A stretch of 64,000 nt of DNA from IMG/VR virus record IMGVR_UViG_3300046522_000316, positions 1-64,000 of that record. One strand, given 5' to 3'. The position numbers and the translations under genes are program-made. The stretch's first letter is position 1; each line of letters begins with the position of its first letter. This DNA is from a virus (lineage: Duplodnaviria > Caudoviricetes). The notes below the pieces were generated by a model that worked only from the letters and a program-made list of their open reading frames with translations, was not told the origin of the DNA and did no database searches. Positions 46,313 through 57,700 of this stretch are shown in pieces.

Positions 46313-47438
46313 AGGTGCCGACCAACGTTAGCGTTCCGTCATCGACTTTCGTAACGAGGCGATAGGCAGACATTGCGCCCGGCACCTTGTAGAAATTCAT
46401 GTCGATTTCAATACCGGAAACTTTGTTGAAAAGATCCATGAAAATACGTGGGTCAACACGAATGTCCATGGGTTTGCCTGTCACGTTCGCTTTGAATTCG
46501 TCGGATACCTTGCCGCCCTTACCCTGCACGCTCATGATCGTTTTGCCTTTGCTGAAAGCGAGCGCCATTTTCGTTTCGCCATCGGACAGAACCGACATGT
46601 TCGAAACGGCAGAAACTGCTTTCGTGTCAAAGGTCATTGCGCTCATGACTTTCATTTCATCCAGCGCTTTGTTGTACTGCACCGCCTGCCCCACTTCGCC
46701 ATAAATCAACTGGCCTTCGGGAATCGACACGGTGAAGTCAGCACCAGTTGCACGGAACCGACCAGAGTCTACCGAGAAACTGATTTTATCCGCCTGAATG
46801 AATTTCTCGATTACGCTGAATGCCTTGGCAGGCAATGCGCTTTTCAACGGCGTCGAGTTTTTCACTTTGGTTTTGAACAGAGCGACGTGGTGTTCATCAT
46901 GGCAATAAACGCGCATGATTTTTTCACCGATTTCAAAGATGATCGGGAGTTCCGATGCACCGTAGAAGTCGGTCAGTCGCACACGCTTTACCGCATCGCG
47001 CAATTTGGTCACAACGTCTTTCGGCATCGGATCAGTCTTGCGCCCGACCAACTGGTGTTCGAGCATTTGAATGTCGTCGGCGTCGAATTCCGTCACGTTC
47101 AGTTGCGCTTTGAAATTGCCTTTCTTTTCCTTGAAAGCGATTTGACCGCCCCCGGTTTTGAACAGGCAATCGGCCCGCGTTTTCAGCAGGCCAATCAGCG
47201 TCGGCGCGTCGATTTTCACGGTGCCCGATTTGGTAGCTTCGCCGGGGATCTTGGCACAGGCCAGCGCGTCAGTTGACGAACCGATCAGATAAATACCTTT
47301 GCCCTTCTGCGTAGCCAGAACGAATTTCGCATCGTCCGCTTTGATGTACGTTGTTACGTTGATGATGTTGGAAAGTGTCGAGGCAAATTCTTTGCCGTTA
47401 CACTCGAATTCCAGTTCGTTGCCTTCGATCAATTTCAT
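46296..47438 (-). CDS. DNA polymerase sliding clamp (beta-clamp-like)
   Basis: 380 aa, three-domain alpha/beta pattern, IRVDPRIFMDLF C-terminal motif, next to polymerase. Confidence 0.65.
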   Translation of the reverse strand: MKLIEGNELEFECNGKEFASTLSNIINVTTYIKADDAKFVLATQKGKGIYLIGSSTDALACAKIPGEATKSGTVKIDAPTLIGLLKTRADCLFKTGGGQIAFKEKKGNFKAQLNVTEFDADDIQMLEHQLVGRKTDPMPKDVVTKLRDAVKRVRLTDFYGASELPIIFEIGEKIMRVYCHDEHHVALFKTKVKNSTPLKSALPAKAFSVIEKFIQADKISFSVDSGRFRATGADFTVSIPEGQLIYGEVGQAVQYNKALDEMKVMSAMTFDTKAVSAVSNMSVLSDGETKMALAFSKGKTIMSVQGKGGKVSDEFKANVTGKPMDIRVDPRIFMDLFNKVSGIEIDMNFYKVPGAMSAYRLVTKVDDGTLTLVGTYDEAK

Positions 47439-47749
47439 TGTAAGGAATATCCGAAAATAGGTGCATGATCGTAACCGATCAGCTGGATTAACAGGCTCAG
47501 TTCGCCAGTCTCAACACACTGCGCCACCACATCCTGCCACGCGAAAACCAATTTGAATTTCGTGAGTACCTGACCTTCCAAAATATCCAGAAGTTCGTCC
47601 ACTGATTCTTGGTTCGCGTAGACAGGCATATCGGTGTCGTCGGCCTGAAGGTTGCGAATCAACTGCTGCAAGAATTGGCACAGGTCGGAAAGGCGCGGAT
47701 CATTAATGTCCGCACCAATCACCGTTGCCGAAAACTGCGTGATAAGCAT
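47435..47749 (-). CDS. hypothetical protein
   Basis: MLITQF start avoids overlap with polymerase. Confidence 0.6.
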   Translation of the reverse strand: MLITQFSATVIGADINDPRLSDLCQFLQQLIRNLQADDTDMPVYANQESVDELLDILEGQVLTKFKLVFAWQDVVAQCVETGELSLLIQLIGYDHAPIFGYSLQ

Positions 47750-47760
47750 ACCTGAAACGT

Positions 47761-50724
47761 CTACGCCTTCGCTGTGATCTTCACACCCTGACTCTTCCAG
47801 AATTTCTGCTGTTTCAAAGCCCATTCAGGTGCGTCCTCTTTCATGCGCGCCATGATTTGTTTGAACGTGGCGTTCGGATCAAGATCGTAGCCGAGGTCGT
47901 CGCGTTGGCCTTTGAGAGTTTTCATCAGCACTTCGTTGAAAGCGTATTTATCTTTCGTCTTGAAATCACCGGTCAACGCGTAATTCCAACCTTCGCACTT
48001 GTCGAGCGAGTGGCCGAATTCAAAGTCGATTTCCAATTGGATATCAAACTTGAAGTTGTGACGTTTAATCATTTCGCGTTCTACGTCGTGAGTCAGTCCC
48101 TCTTCGATCATCTGAATTGCCAGCCAAATGTCTTGGTAAGCGCAGGAGAATTCAAGGGAGTCGTGTACGCTGTTCGCCTGAATGAAATCAGGATAGTGAC
48201 CGGTCTTCTGGAAATGCTCAAACCGGCGACGTTCGATGCAGCGCGCACCCGTCATCATGAAATCAGAACCCATGCCCTGTACTGGACTATTTACAGATTG
48301 CCGTTCCGCACGCGACGTGATGTTGCCCGCGTCTTCGTGAGAGTTCGGCGTGATCAGGCCCCACAGGTTACGGCGACGGCCTACAGGCGATTCCACATAC
48401 AAATGCTTGCGTGCGTGTGCCTTGGCCTTATCGAACCACTTACCGCCGACCGGGAATCGTTTAAAGAATTGTGTTGTCAATTCCTCAACCATTTCGACCG
48501 TGGCGTTGATGGACTTCGCTGTACCTTTCGCGCCTTGCTGGTAAATCAAACCGAAAATTACTTGCTTAACGGCTTGACGCATTACCTTGTCAACTTCCTC
48601 GATTGCTTTCCGGAAGAAGAACGCGGCGTTGATCTTGTGAACGTCACCCTTGAGGTCGATTTCCTTGGCAAGATCCATCGTCGGTTTGCGTTTGAATTTC
48701 TCACGCAATTTCAAACCGATCCGGAATGCTTCCGCTACCGCGCTGTCGCCAGAAATCAACGACCAGCAGCGTACTTCGTGCGCCGAGTAGTCCACCTTAA
48801 TAATTATTCGACCGTCCGGTGCAATGAACAATCGTTTAATCAGTTTACCCATTTCACTACGCGACGGAATTGTCTGCAACGTAGGATCGCGGGCCGATGT
48901 TCGACCTGTAACCACGTCGAGATAACCGAACCGAGGCCGCATGCAGCGGTCGAATCGGAAGTCTTCGTCTTCGCCCCATTTTTTAATGAAGCTCTTCACA
49001 TACGCGTTGTAAAGTTTTTCGATCTTCGTCAGTTCCGTGAACAGCTTAATTTCCGGAACGTCTTCGTATTTCTTTTGGAAGTCTTTGTCGATCTTGCCCA
49101 AGCCCTTTTTGTTCATCGTCAGGGGCTTGAGTTTCAGCACTTCGAAGAACAGCAGCTGCTTGTGTTCCTCCTTGTTAATCTTGAAGAGCTTCGTTTTCGT
49201 TCGACCGAATAGACCCATGGCCGGGACGCCCGAGCGTTTGGCAAGAAGCTTGTTAGCTTTCTGTACCCCCTCGGATTCGTACAGCGCTTTAAGCACGCGG
49301 TTTTTCTCGCGCACAATATGCGAGTCTTTCGACTTGAGTTTGAACAGCCAGTCGATATCGACATACGAGCCATTGAACTCAAGGTTAGACAGCGTGTGAA
49401 TCTGATCGCTAAGCTGTTCGGTAACGAGCGAGAAATACTTGTCGTAACCGATTGTCTTCGCGTATTTCATCTGCAATTTTTGAATGTGCAGCAGGACGAT
49501 TACGTCGAGGGCCATGTACGTTAAAACCGGCCCTTCCAAATCCATGTCCGCGATGAATGCTCGCTGTTCCTTACCGAAGTCGGATTCGTAATAGGCGCGA
49601 CAGCCATACTGCATGCAGATATTGAGCAACGAGTAATAGTTCCGCCCGCTGATCCCTTGAATCGTTTTGTGGTTTTCATCCTTGGCGAATTCCGCCGAGA
49701 TAACACACCACAGCGGCGTCTTGAAATAACGAACGCCAAGGTCACGACGCGCAGCGATCAGGTCGAACGCGGCGTTTGCGTAGAGATTGTATTTGTTCTT
49801 CGATTTGTGTTCGAAGTAATCACGCAATTTCTCTTTGATGTACGCAAGTTCTTTCGGGAGGAACGGCGTGTCCTTATGCAGGAATGGCAGGATGTACGCC
49901 TTCCCCGTTTCAGTCGCGAACTGCCACGTCACCGTGTAGTTCTTTCGCCGTTTCAGACTTCGGGCCTCCGTGTCGATTGACACGACTTCCGCGTTGGTAA
50001 TGTCCTTCAACATTTTGTCGAATTTCTTAATCGTATCAACCATCACGATTTTGTAATCCAACTTCGGAACCTTGTACATCATCTTGCCGTCGTTAAGACA
50101 GGTCGTCAGGTTCCGCGCCACGTACCCGGCTGCTGCCATCGTGTCATCGGATTTCTGCAATGACCGAAGCGACAGTGTAGAGACGTGATTGAATTTGTGC
50201 GTGTCGCCTTTTACCGTGACCTTGGCTTTGATCGGCACACCGTAAAAGTGCTGCCACAAAATACCGCGTTCACTTTTGTGCTGCGAAATGAAATCGCCGC
50301 TGATTGCTTTGGTCGGGTCAGGCCCGAACGTCACAACCGTATCCGGTTTGTAAACCGAGATAATGTATTCCAGACGCTTTTTGAATTCCTGCTGTGCCAG
50401 TTCCACAAACGCAGGCGCACCGCCTACGGTTTTGAAGCTGTGATAACTCATGCACAACCAGTTGTAATCATCGAGCTTGTGCGGTGCTTTGTTAAAGTTC
50501 TCTGCCAACTCAAAAAGGTTTGACATGAGGTCGCCGGTTGCACCATCGAGAATGCGATTCTTCCGCATGGCCTCGCCCGGCATATAGTCCAACACAAACA
50601 GAATTTTCCCACGAGCTTTTTTCGTAACGTGCTTGGCGAGTTCCACACCATCGAAGCTAGTAATCTCGTACTGCTTCAGCGCCTTACTATACTTGTGTTT
50701 AAATTCTACATATTCACACTTCAT
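47761..50724 (-). CDS. polA: family A DNA polymerase with 3'-5' exonuclease and N-terminal UDG-like domain
   Basis: SIDTE (exo I); TGRTSARDPTLQTIP; VDYSAHEVR (A); KQVIFGLIY (B); VHDS (C). Confidence 0.93.
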   Translation of the reverse strand: MKCEYVEFKHKYSKALKQYEITSFDGVELAKHVTKKARGKILFVLDYMPGEAMRKNRILDGATGDLMSNLFELAENFNKAPHKLDDYNWLCMSYHSFKTVGGAPAFVELAQQEFKKRLEYIISVYKPDTVVTFGPDPTKAISGDFISQHKSERGILWQHFYGVPIKAKVTVKGDTHKFNHVSTLSLRSLQKSDDTMAAAGYVARNLTTCLNDGKMMYKVPKLDYKIVMVDTIKKFDKMLKDITNAEVVSIDTEARSLKRRKNYTVTWQFATETGKAYILPFLHKDTPFLPKELAYIKEKLRDYFEHKSKNKYNLYANAAFDLIAARRDLGVRYFKTPLWCVISAEFAKDENHKTIQGISGRNYYSLLNICMQYGCRAYYESDFGKEQRAFIADMDLEGPVLTYMALDVIVLLHIQKLQMKYAKTIGYDKYFSLVTEQLSDQIHTLSNLEFNGSYVDIDWLFKLKSKDSHIVREKNRVLKALYESEGVQKANKLLAKRSGVPAMGLFGRTKTKLFKINKEEHKQLLFFEVLKLKPLTMNKKGLGKIDKDFQKKYEDVPEIKLFTELTKIEKLYNAYVKSFIKKWGEDEDFRFDRCMRPRFGYLDVVTGRTSARDPTLQTIPSRSEMGKLIKRLFIAPDGRIIIKVDYSAHEVRCWSLISGDSAVAEAFRIGLKLREKFKRKPTMDLAKEIDLKGDVHKINAAFFFRKAIEEVDKVMRQAVKQVIFGLIYQQGAKGTAKSINATVEMVEELTTQFFKRFPVGGKWFDKAKAHARKHLYVESPVGRRRNLWGLITPNSHEDAGNITSRAERQSVNSPVQGMGSDFMMTGARCIERRRFEHFQKTGHYPDFIQANSVHDSLEFSCAYQDIWLAIQMIEEGLTHDVEREMIKRHNFKFDIQLEIDFEFGHSLDKCEGWNYALTGDFKTKDKYAFNEVLMKTLKGQRDDLGYDLDPNATFKQIMARMKEDAPEWALKQQKFWKSQGVKITAKA

Positions 50725-50758
50725 AGAATTACCCGAGAGGGGATTTAGGCCTATGCTA

Positions 50759-50767
50759 TATTTACAG
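50759..50767 (-). promoter_or_regulatory. candidate phage promoter motif CTGTAAATA
   Basis: Intergenic, about 35 nt before polymerase start. Confidence 0.55.
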
Positions 50768-50782
50768 TTTTGCCCCGCAACG

Positions 50783-50816
50783 AAAAGGCCCCCGAATCCG
50801 AATGGAAACGAGGGCC
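50783..50816 (-). terminator. intrinsic terminator
   Basis: GGCCC/GGGCC stem plus U4; same internal design as 2601-2628. Confidence 0.65.
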
Positions 50817-50821
50817 ATGAT

Positions 50822-51307
50822 TCAAAACAGCTTCACCATTCGAAGAATATCCGATAGGCGACTGTCGTATTGCTCAGGTGTCGGATAGCAACACCAGCGG
50901 CGGCTAAGCGTGCGCAACGTATCAGTCGCTAACAGCTTGTCGCCTAGTTGCGTGTACACTTCCCAATTGATCGGAAGTTCATAAACGCTTTTTTCACCGC
51001 CCGACAAAATAACCATTGGCCGGTGATGTGGTGCAGCGTCGATGAATCCGACAAAGCGCGGGCTTTCACGCCACATCATCAGCGCCGCTTCGGTGTCTGG
51101 AATTTCAACGGTTGTCACACCGTCTTCCAAACCTTCGATTCGTGGCCCCCAAAATTCACCAGAACCCAAACCGAAGAAACCGAAAATGTCCGACGTTTCG
51201 TGACCCGCGATCAATTGAGGAAAGTTCGTGGTCAAGATCCGATAATGCGTGTTGTTGCCTTTGATGTACGCGTAGTGAAATGCTACGTCACTCTTGTGCA
51301 TCGTCAT
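50822..51307 (-). CDS. hypothetical protein
   Basis: GGAG SD before MTMHK at 51307. Confidence 0.65.
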   Translation of the reverse strand: MTMHKSDVAFHYAYIKGNNTHYRILTTNFPQLIAGHETSDIFGFFGLGSGEFWGPRIEGLEDGVTTVEIPDTEAALMMWRESPRFVGFIDAAPHHRPMVILSGGEKSVYELPINWEVYTQLGDKLLATDTLRTLSRRWCCYPTPEQYDSRLSDILRMVKLF

Positions 51308-51689
51308 CGGAACTCTCCGAATCATCCACCACAACGACCGGCTTTTTGTCCGGCTGCTTTGGTGGGTTGGTTGGCTGCGTGGTGCGTGTGCGCGAACGGA
51401 TAATTTCTGCCGCTTTTTCCGGGGTCATCTGGCGGTGGTTAAGCACCTTCTTTTCCCAGTACAAACCTTTCGGCAGTTTTTCATTCAGCGAGAACGGCAG
51501 GCCGTTCGCGGGAATGCCCGGCACATACGAATCGTGGAATTCGAAATCGCGCTTTGCCTTGATTGTGGCATCGCTCCAAATCCCGTCGATTGCACCGTTG
51601 TAGTAACCGAGAAACGCAAGCACGACTTGCTGCGCCATCAGTTCCATTTTTCCAGTTTGCATGTTTTTCTCCAGCGTTAAATGGGCCAT
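51288..51689 (-). CDS. peptidoglycan-binding domain protein
   Basis: QQVVLAFLGYYNGAIDGIWSDATIKAKRDF = PG_binding_1 pattern; alternative start 51662. Confidence 0.75.
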   Translation of the reverse strand: MAHLTLEKNMQTGKMELMAQQVVLAFLGYYNGAIDGIWSDATIKAKRDFEFHDSYVPGIPANGLPFSLNEKLPKGLYWEKKVLNHRQMTPEKAAEIIRSRTRTTQPTNPPKQPDKKPVVVVDDSESSDDDAQE

Positions 51690-51704
51690 CCTTGGCCCTA
51701 CCGA

Positions 51705-54700
51705 TTAACGGGTTTTGTATTTGAAGGTAAGCTCAGACAATTCTTTCAGCGCCTGATCTTTGTTCTGCACGGTGACGCTGCGCGCAACTTCTGCAACCTT
51801 CGCTTTCAGGTCGGTTTTATTCTTCCCGAAATACATCCATTCGCCGTCAGACTTCAGCCACTTCGCACCCGAGTTCGGAACAACTTTGCCGAGGTGCTTA
51901 ATGATGCCGGGGTTAGTCCGCAAGTCCACGCAAAGCATCACGTGTTCTTCGGTGAAGATCGGGAACAGACGCAGTTCACGGCGGTTGCTGCTCATGCGTT
52001 TCTGCACGCTGAAGAACGCAGGCAATTCACTTACCGGCGCCAGTTCCAAGCGATACCACAACTTGTGTTTATTTGCCTGACCTTCGTCGAACGCGCTGTT
52101 AATCGCAGCGAACATATCGTTCAGCTTTTGATTCACTTCGAAGTTGTCATAAACCCAGTCGTAAATTGCGTGGAATTTCTTCTTGTTCGAAACGTTGATG
52201 TACGCGTAAGCCGGTGTGAATTTGAAGCCCTGTTTCTTCAGATCCACTTCGCCCGATTCCACGATTGCTTCCAGTGTTGCGAAGCCGTGGTAGTAGGCAG
52301 GATACAGAGAAATTTCGGTAGCTTCGATTTCTTCTTCCGGCTCTTCAGGGAAATCCTCCTGCTCAACAATGACGCCGACTTTCGGATTGTCGGTCGGACG
52401 CAATTTCTTGCCGCCGCCGATTTTCACCGTACCGCCAGTTTCGTAAATGCCTTCGTTGAGTGGACGCCCTTTCTTTTCGTTCTCCGTGCGTTTCTCGCCG
52501 TCCTTCGCTTCCTTCTTGATAACGCGGATTTTTTCGCCTTCTTGTTTCTTCCGGATGCGCTCTTCGCGTTCTTCCTGCTCCGCTTGTTTGCGCTGCTGTT
52601 CTTCCAAGCGCTTTTGGCGGGCCGCGCCGCGTTTCTCTTCGGTGTCAGTACCAGCCAGCGACACGTCAAAGAATTGCGCGTCTTGCTCAGGCGAAATATT
52701 CTTCTGCGCAAGGTAAGCCATGTTCACTTGAACCGTCACACGCCCCGGCATACCGGCAGGTGGATTTTTCAAATTCACAATGAGGCTAGAAAGCTTACCG
52801 CCACGGGTGTTAAAGCCAACGATACGCCCGGTGCCCCATTCGGTAACAACAGGTTTCGTGCGCAATTTTTCGCTGAAGTTTTTCACGATTTCCGGATCAC
52901 GCAGCAGAACTTCAACGTTCAACAGACCCCAGTTGTGGTGGTCAGGAATTGGTTGGTTTGCAACGAACGGCACCAGTTCCATACGGGCCGAGCCTTCCAG
53001 ATTTGGAGCGCCTTCAATCGGCAACATATCCGCTTTCATCGAATTGCGCATTTCTGCGAATTCTTTTGCTTCCACGGCGTTGAGGCGACGATATGCGTCT
53101 TCCATTTCGTTGAAAGGTTCGTCGTCGAGGCCAGCGGTCGATGCAAGCATGTCCACACTGAGTGCCAAACGACGGTCGTCTTTTTCCGTTGGAACATTCA
53201 CAGAAGCCAGCAATTCTTTGTACAACGGATTCGCTGCTTCGGTGATTCGAGCAACACCAAAAGTTTTGGAAATAACACGCGCCAGTTTCGGCACTTCCAT
53301 GGTGTTGTCGGCCAGTACCCAATCCAGATAAACCACGTCACGGGTCAAACCGCCTTCGCCTTTCGCCGCTGCAATCGCGCCCTTAGCATCCGGACGCCAC
53401 ACACGCGCAGCAGTTTGCGACAAAGCACCCGGCCCCCATGGGGCTTCTGCACGAATCATTCGGCTTGCCAATTGAAGGTTGTGACCTTCGGACATGCCTT
53501 GTTCGTTCGCAATCAGAATTTGTACGCGATCATCGGTTTTGAAATCGTTGAAAGCTTTTACGCGATCAGGTTCGTCGCCGGTAAACTTCACCGCCATCGC
53601 CTGATAGTTCGGTGGCAATGCATCAAACACAGCCCGCGCACTTGCGTTGTAACGCGTGATAATGATCAGCTTGCCCTTCGGTTCTGGCTTCCAATAATCT
53701 GGAGCTTCGACCGGAGTTTTCGATTGAACGTTATCGGGAATTGCTACGCGAGTTTCGCCCGGATTATATTTCCGTGCGACATACAGCTGGCCTTCGAAAT
53801 CAACGAGGTCGAGTTCGATGTAGCGTGTGCCACGGCGCCATTTCTGCGGGTTGAAGTGCTTGGCTGCGAGGTTCGCGATGTACTTCGCTTTACGCGAAAT
53901 AAACCCTTCACCCATATTGCCGAAAACTTCGGTGTAGGCTTCGTCTTCCTGCGGGCAGATAATCAGGCGTTCGAAACGCGCAATGTTTTTCTCCCACAAT
54001 TTCTGCGCGATTGCTTCGCCGGAGAAGTCGGAGTCGTTATCGACGAATTTATCGCCGCTACCTTCCTTGCCGTTTTCTTCCTCTTCGTCGTCGCTGTCGT
54101 CGCCACCGTTTTTCTCTGCAAGCGCTTCAGCTTTCGCTTTCTGGCGCAGCAGCGGTTCCATTTCTTCCAAGGTACGGTCGAGAACCAAACGGTACAATTG
54201 TTCGTGCAGTTTTTGCTGTTCGATTTCGGCAGGCGATGTTCCGTCGGCGCCGTCGTAGTCCACCATTGGAACCGGGTGGAAACTTTCGATAGCGGACGGC
54301 AGCATGTAGGCCCAATCCTTTTTCTCTTTCACAATAAACGAAATATAGTGACCGAGTTTATCGACAGCACGTTTACCGTTGAGCGGGGTGTAGGTGGTAA
54401 TGATGCGATCACCAATTTTCACCAGACCGCTATCTTTTTCCGCTTCTTGATCAGGCTTGATATTCGCGATATCACCAGCACGGAAAACGTGCGGCGCTTT
54501 CAACGCGATTTGACCTTCGATATCTTTCGCCCGGTCAGGCATGATCGTACCAGTCAGCAGGCGCAGCCATTTGACAGTGGTCGAAGAGGTAATGATTTTT
54601 ACTGCACGGTGACGCGCAGATTTAAACGATTTCAAGTTATGCGATTCGTCGATGGCAACATAGTTGCAACCGAGTTTACGAATCAACTCAAGGTTTTGCG

Positions 54701-57700
54701 AGAAGTTAACCTGCGCGTTACCGATACACACGCGGGTGTTTCGGCCCTGAACGAAAGTCATCGAACTGATAAAAATCGTGTTCGGTGGAGCGTTGACCGC
54801 CAGATCACTCAGGCGTTTTTCACCAACGGTTTTCATCCAGCGAGTCAGTACAGCGGAACTGATCGGAAATGCGTTCCAATTGGAGCCTTGGAAATATTTC
54901 ATTTCCTCACACCAAGTGTTGATCAGACCGTTAGGGCAAATAACCAACGGACGTACAACGACGCCAGCTTCTTTCATGTCTGCCATGAGGCAAGCAATGT
55001 CGATAATGCCTTGACCGGTTTTACCACCGCCCGGCGCCAGCGCCAGAATTGCGAAGTTTGGCGGATTCTTTTTACGCAGCGAACTTTGCACCGCTTCTTG
55101 GTGCGGGAAAATTGCACGGTCTTCACCGATTTTCCCCGGCATCTTGATATCTTCGGCGCTAAACGATGGATCGGGCTGGATAGACTCAGCCTGTTCCGTT
55201 GCTTCTGCGAAAATCGTTTCCGCATTTGGTGCATATTTCCCGAGCATTACAGCGAACGGCAGAACGTCACGGTACAGAGTGGCGTTGGCCTGTAGCGGCA
55301 TGCTGATCGAGAAATTCTGGCCCGGACGATCAGGCATTTCGCCCAAATTCACAGTGGCCTGACCAGCGCGAGCATTCGCGTAGTGTTCGATTTCAACACT
55401 GTTGATCGCGTCGAGGATTTGCTTGAAAACTTGCCCACCGAAATAACGGAACAGGCGCGCAAATTCTGCGGCGGTAGAAATCGTGGTGTTGAAATAATCC
55501 GGATGGTTTTCCAGTTCGAGCGATACTTCCGATGCACGCGGAGTTTTATCACCGTTGCGCAAATTCTCGAAAGTTTCGTTCCACAGGTGCGTGCCCTGTG
55601 CGCCGGAAGCCATGTCCATTGCAGTTTCCAACAGGCTTTGAATCACGCCGCGAGTGTTGCCCTTTGCGCGATCCGGAAGCGTGCCTTCTGGTGTCAGAAA
55701 CTTGATGTAATCCGGACTGAAATCGAAACCCGGTTCGGTCGGCAGCTTCGAATAATTCAGGGCGCGCATTGCACTGCCCAACAATTCCGGAAGCTTTGGC
55801 ACTTTGTTATCGACGTAGGCCAACCGCATGTAGAGGTTGATCAGGTTCGAAGCCAATCCGCTTTTCGCGAATTTCAAATGGTCATCAGCGGCACCGTAAA
55901 GGTCTTCTGCGCGCTTGTACGCCCACGCGGTATGTTCGCCGTGGTTCAGCGTGTACATGGATTGCGCAAACGAACGCTTCATTGGTGTTTCGCCATCTTT
56001 GGCAAGGTTGAAACCCAGCCAGTCAGCGATTGCCAAAGAATCCGGAGTTACTGCACCGACCGAAGTCGAAGTAACAGTGCGGCCCGGTGTGTCGGTTGCC
56101 TGAATGTTGATCCCGAAGTCCCAATCAAAACCGAGGGAACAGCCGTCGAAATCGTTCAGGTCTTTTACAAGTTCCTGCATGCGCTGCAAATCTTGCGCAT
56201 CAACCCACGGCCATTTTTCTTCGCGGGGTTCGGCTTGGAAAGCAGCCAAAGGAATTTCGTTGCGGCTCAACAGTTCCAGCAATTCTTCCGAAACTTTCTC
56301 GAAATCTTCGGCCAGAGTAGTTTTTTGCAGCGCGTCGATACTCGGACGAACAGCCATCGTGCCTTGCGGCGTGATGAACATGTTTTCCGCGTTACCTTTG
56401 GTACGTTCAACAACGTAACCGAATTGTTCACGCAGCGCCGGGATACGTTTCAGCGTGGAAGCGCTGGTCGCGTAACGCGGGATATGATCCATGTGAATTG
56501 CTTTGGTGTTGGTAATCTTGTAAGCCTTACCGGTGCCCGTTACTTTCGCACGCAGAACCTGCGCGATGTACAGAGAGAACCAAGAATTCGCACGGGTCAA
56601 ACTTGCGCGTTCGTTGGCCGGAGTTTGCGAAACAAAATGCGCGATATCCGATTCCAGCGTGAAGCGGATCGAAGTACGAACGGTGATGTTCAGCAATTCC
56701 GATTCGGGAGTAATCTTCGGGCGTTCGCCGTTCAATTGCTCTTCGATTTTCGCATTAACTGCGGTCGGACTCAGCGCCTGTTCGTTGAACGCTGGTTTGG
56801 TGTTGCGCAGTTTTTCAGTCAGTTTTTTAACAGCGTGGCTCGGCTGTTTAATCAGTTCGATTTGCAGGAACTGATCAGCGAACGGGTTGGACACAACCAT
56901 GTCGGTGACGATTTCACCGGCAGTCGGCATTTTCAGGCCGGTGTGTTTAGTCCAGATTTTTTCAACGTCGCTGAATTTGGTATTGAGTGGAACGCCACGG
57001 TGAATCATGCGCTCGCTGCTGGCAGTGGTGCCAAACAGGAACATGTGAATTTCACGCGCTGCTGCCAAAATCTTTTCGCCCATCGACGATTGCCATGTGC
57101 CTTTGCGGCGCATTTCAGTCAGTGGGAAATCGTTGTTGGTTTCCAGATATTCGCTGCGACCGAGTTCGAAGTCGGACACACCGAAATACGGGGCAGGCAA
57201 ACCTTCTTTTTCAGGGTCAGCACCGGCACCCATCAGCACCACGTCGAGGCCTTCGTTATAGCGCTTCGAGCGATAAACGTTGTGGAAGCTGTGCGCGGTA
57301 CGACGCGAAGCACGCAGGAAGTTTACAACGTCTTCCTGAATGGAACCGGATGTACGCTTCGAATGGAACACTTGCACAAAAATCGAAGCAATCAATTCTT
57401 CGTTCTGTTCATCGGTGTTCATCGACATGGTGTTTGCACGGCCCATACAGATACGGGCGAAACGCAAAAACATGTTGAGGTTGGAAGTTACGTCGCTCAA
57501 CGATTCCAGAATGGGAACCAGAAAGTTCCGTTCTTTTTTCGGGTAGAAAAAGGATTCGTATTCGAGGTTTCGCGCAGGCTCCAGCGAGACGGTACGAATA
57601 GATTTTACGAATTCGGAACTTTCGTCACCTTGTTCGTCATCGTCATCATCGTCGCCGTCTTCGTCGCCGTTCGCACGGGCGTAGGCGCTCAGCTGTTCGG

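Noticed and set aside
47761-50724. Intein or intron in polymerase, helicases or dcd
   Set aside because: Continuous ORFs, no C/S...HN-C/S/T splice junctions or LAGLIDADG motifs seen.
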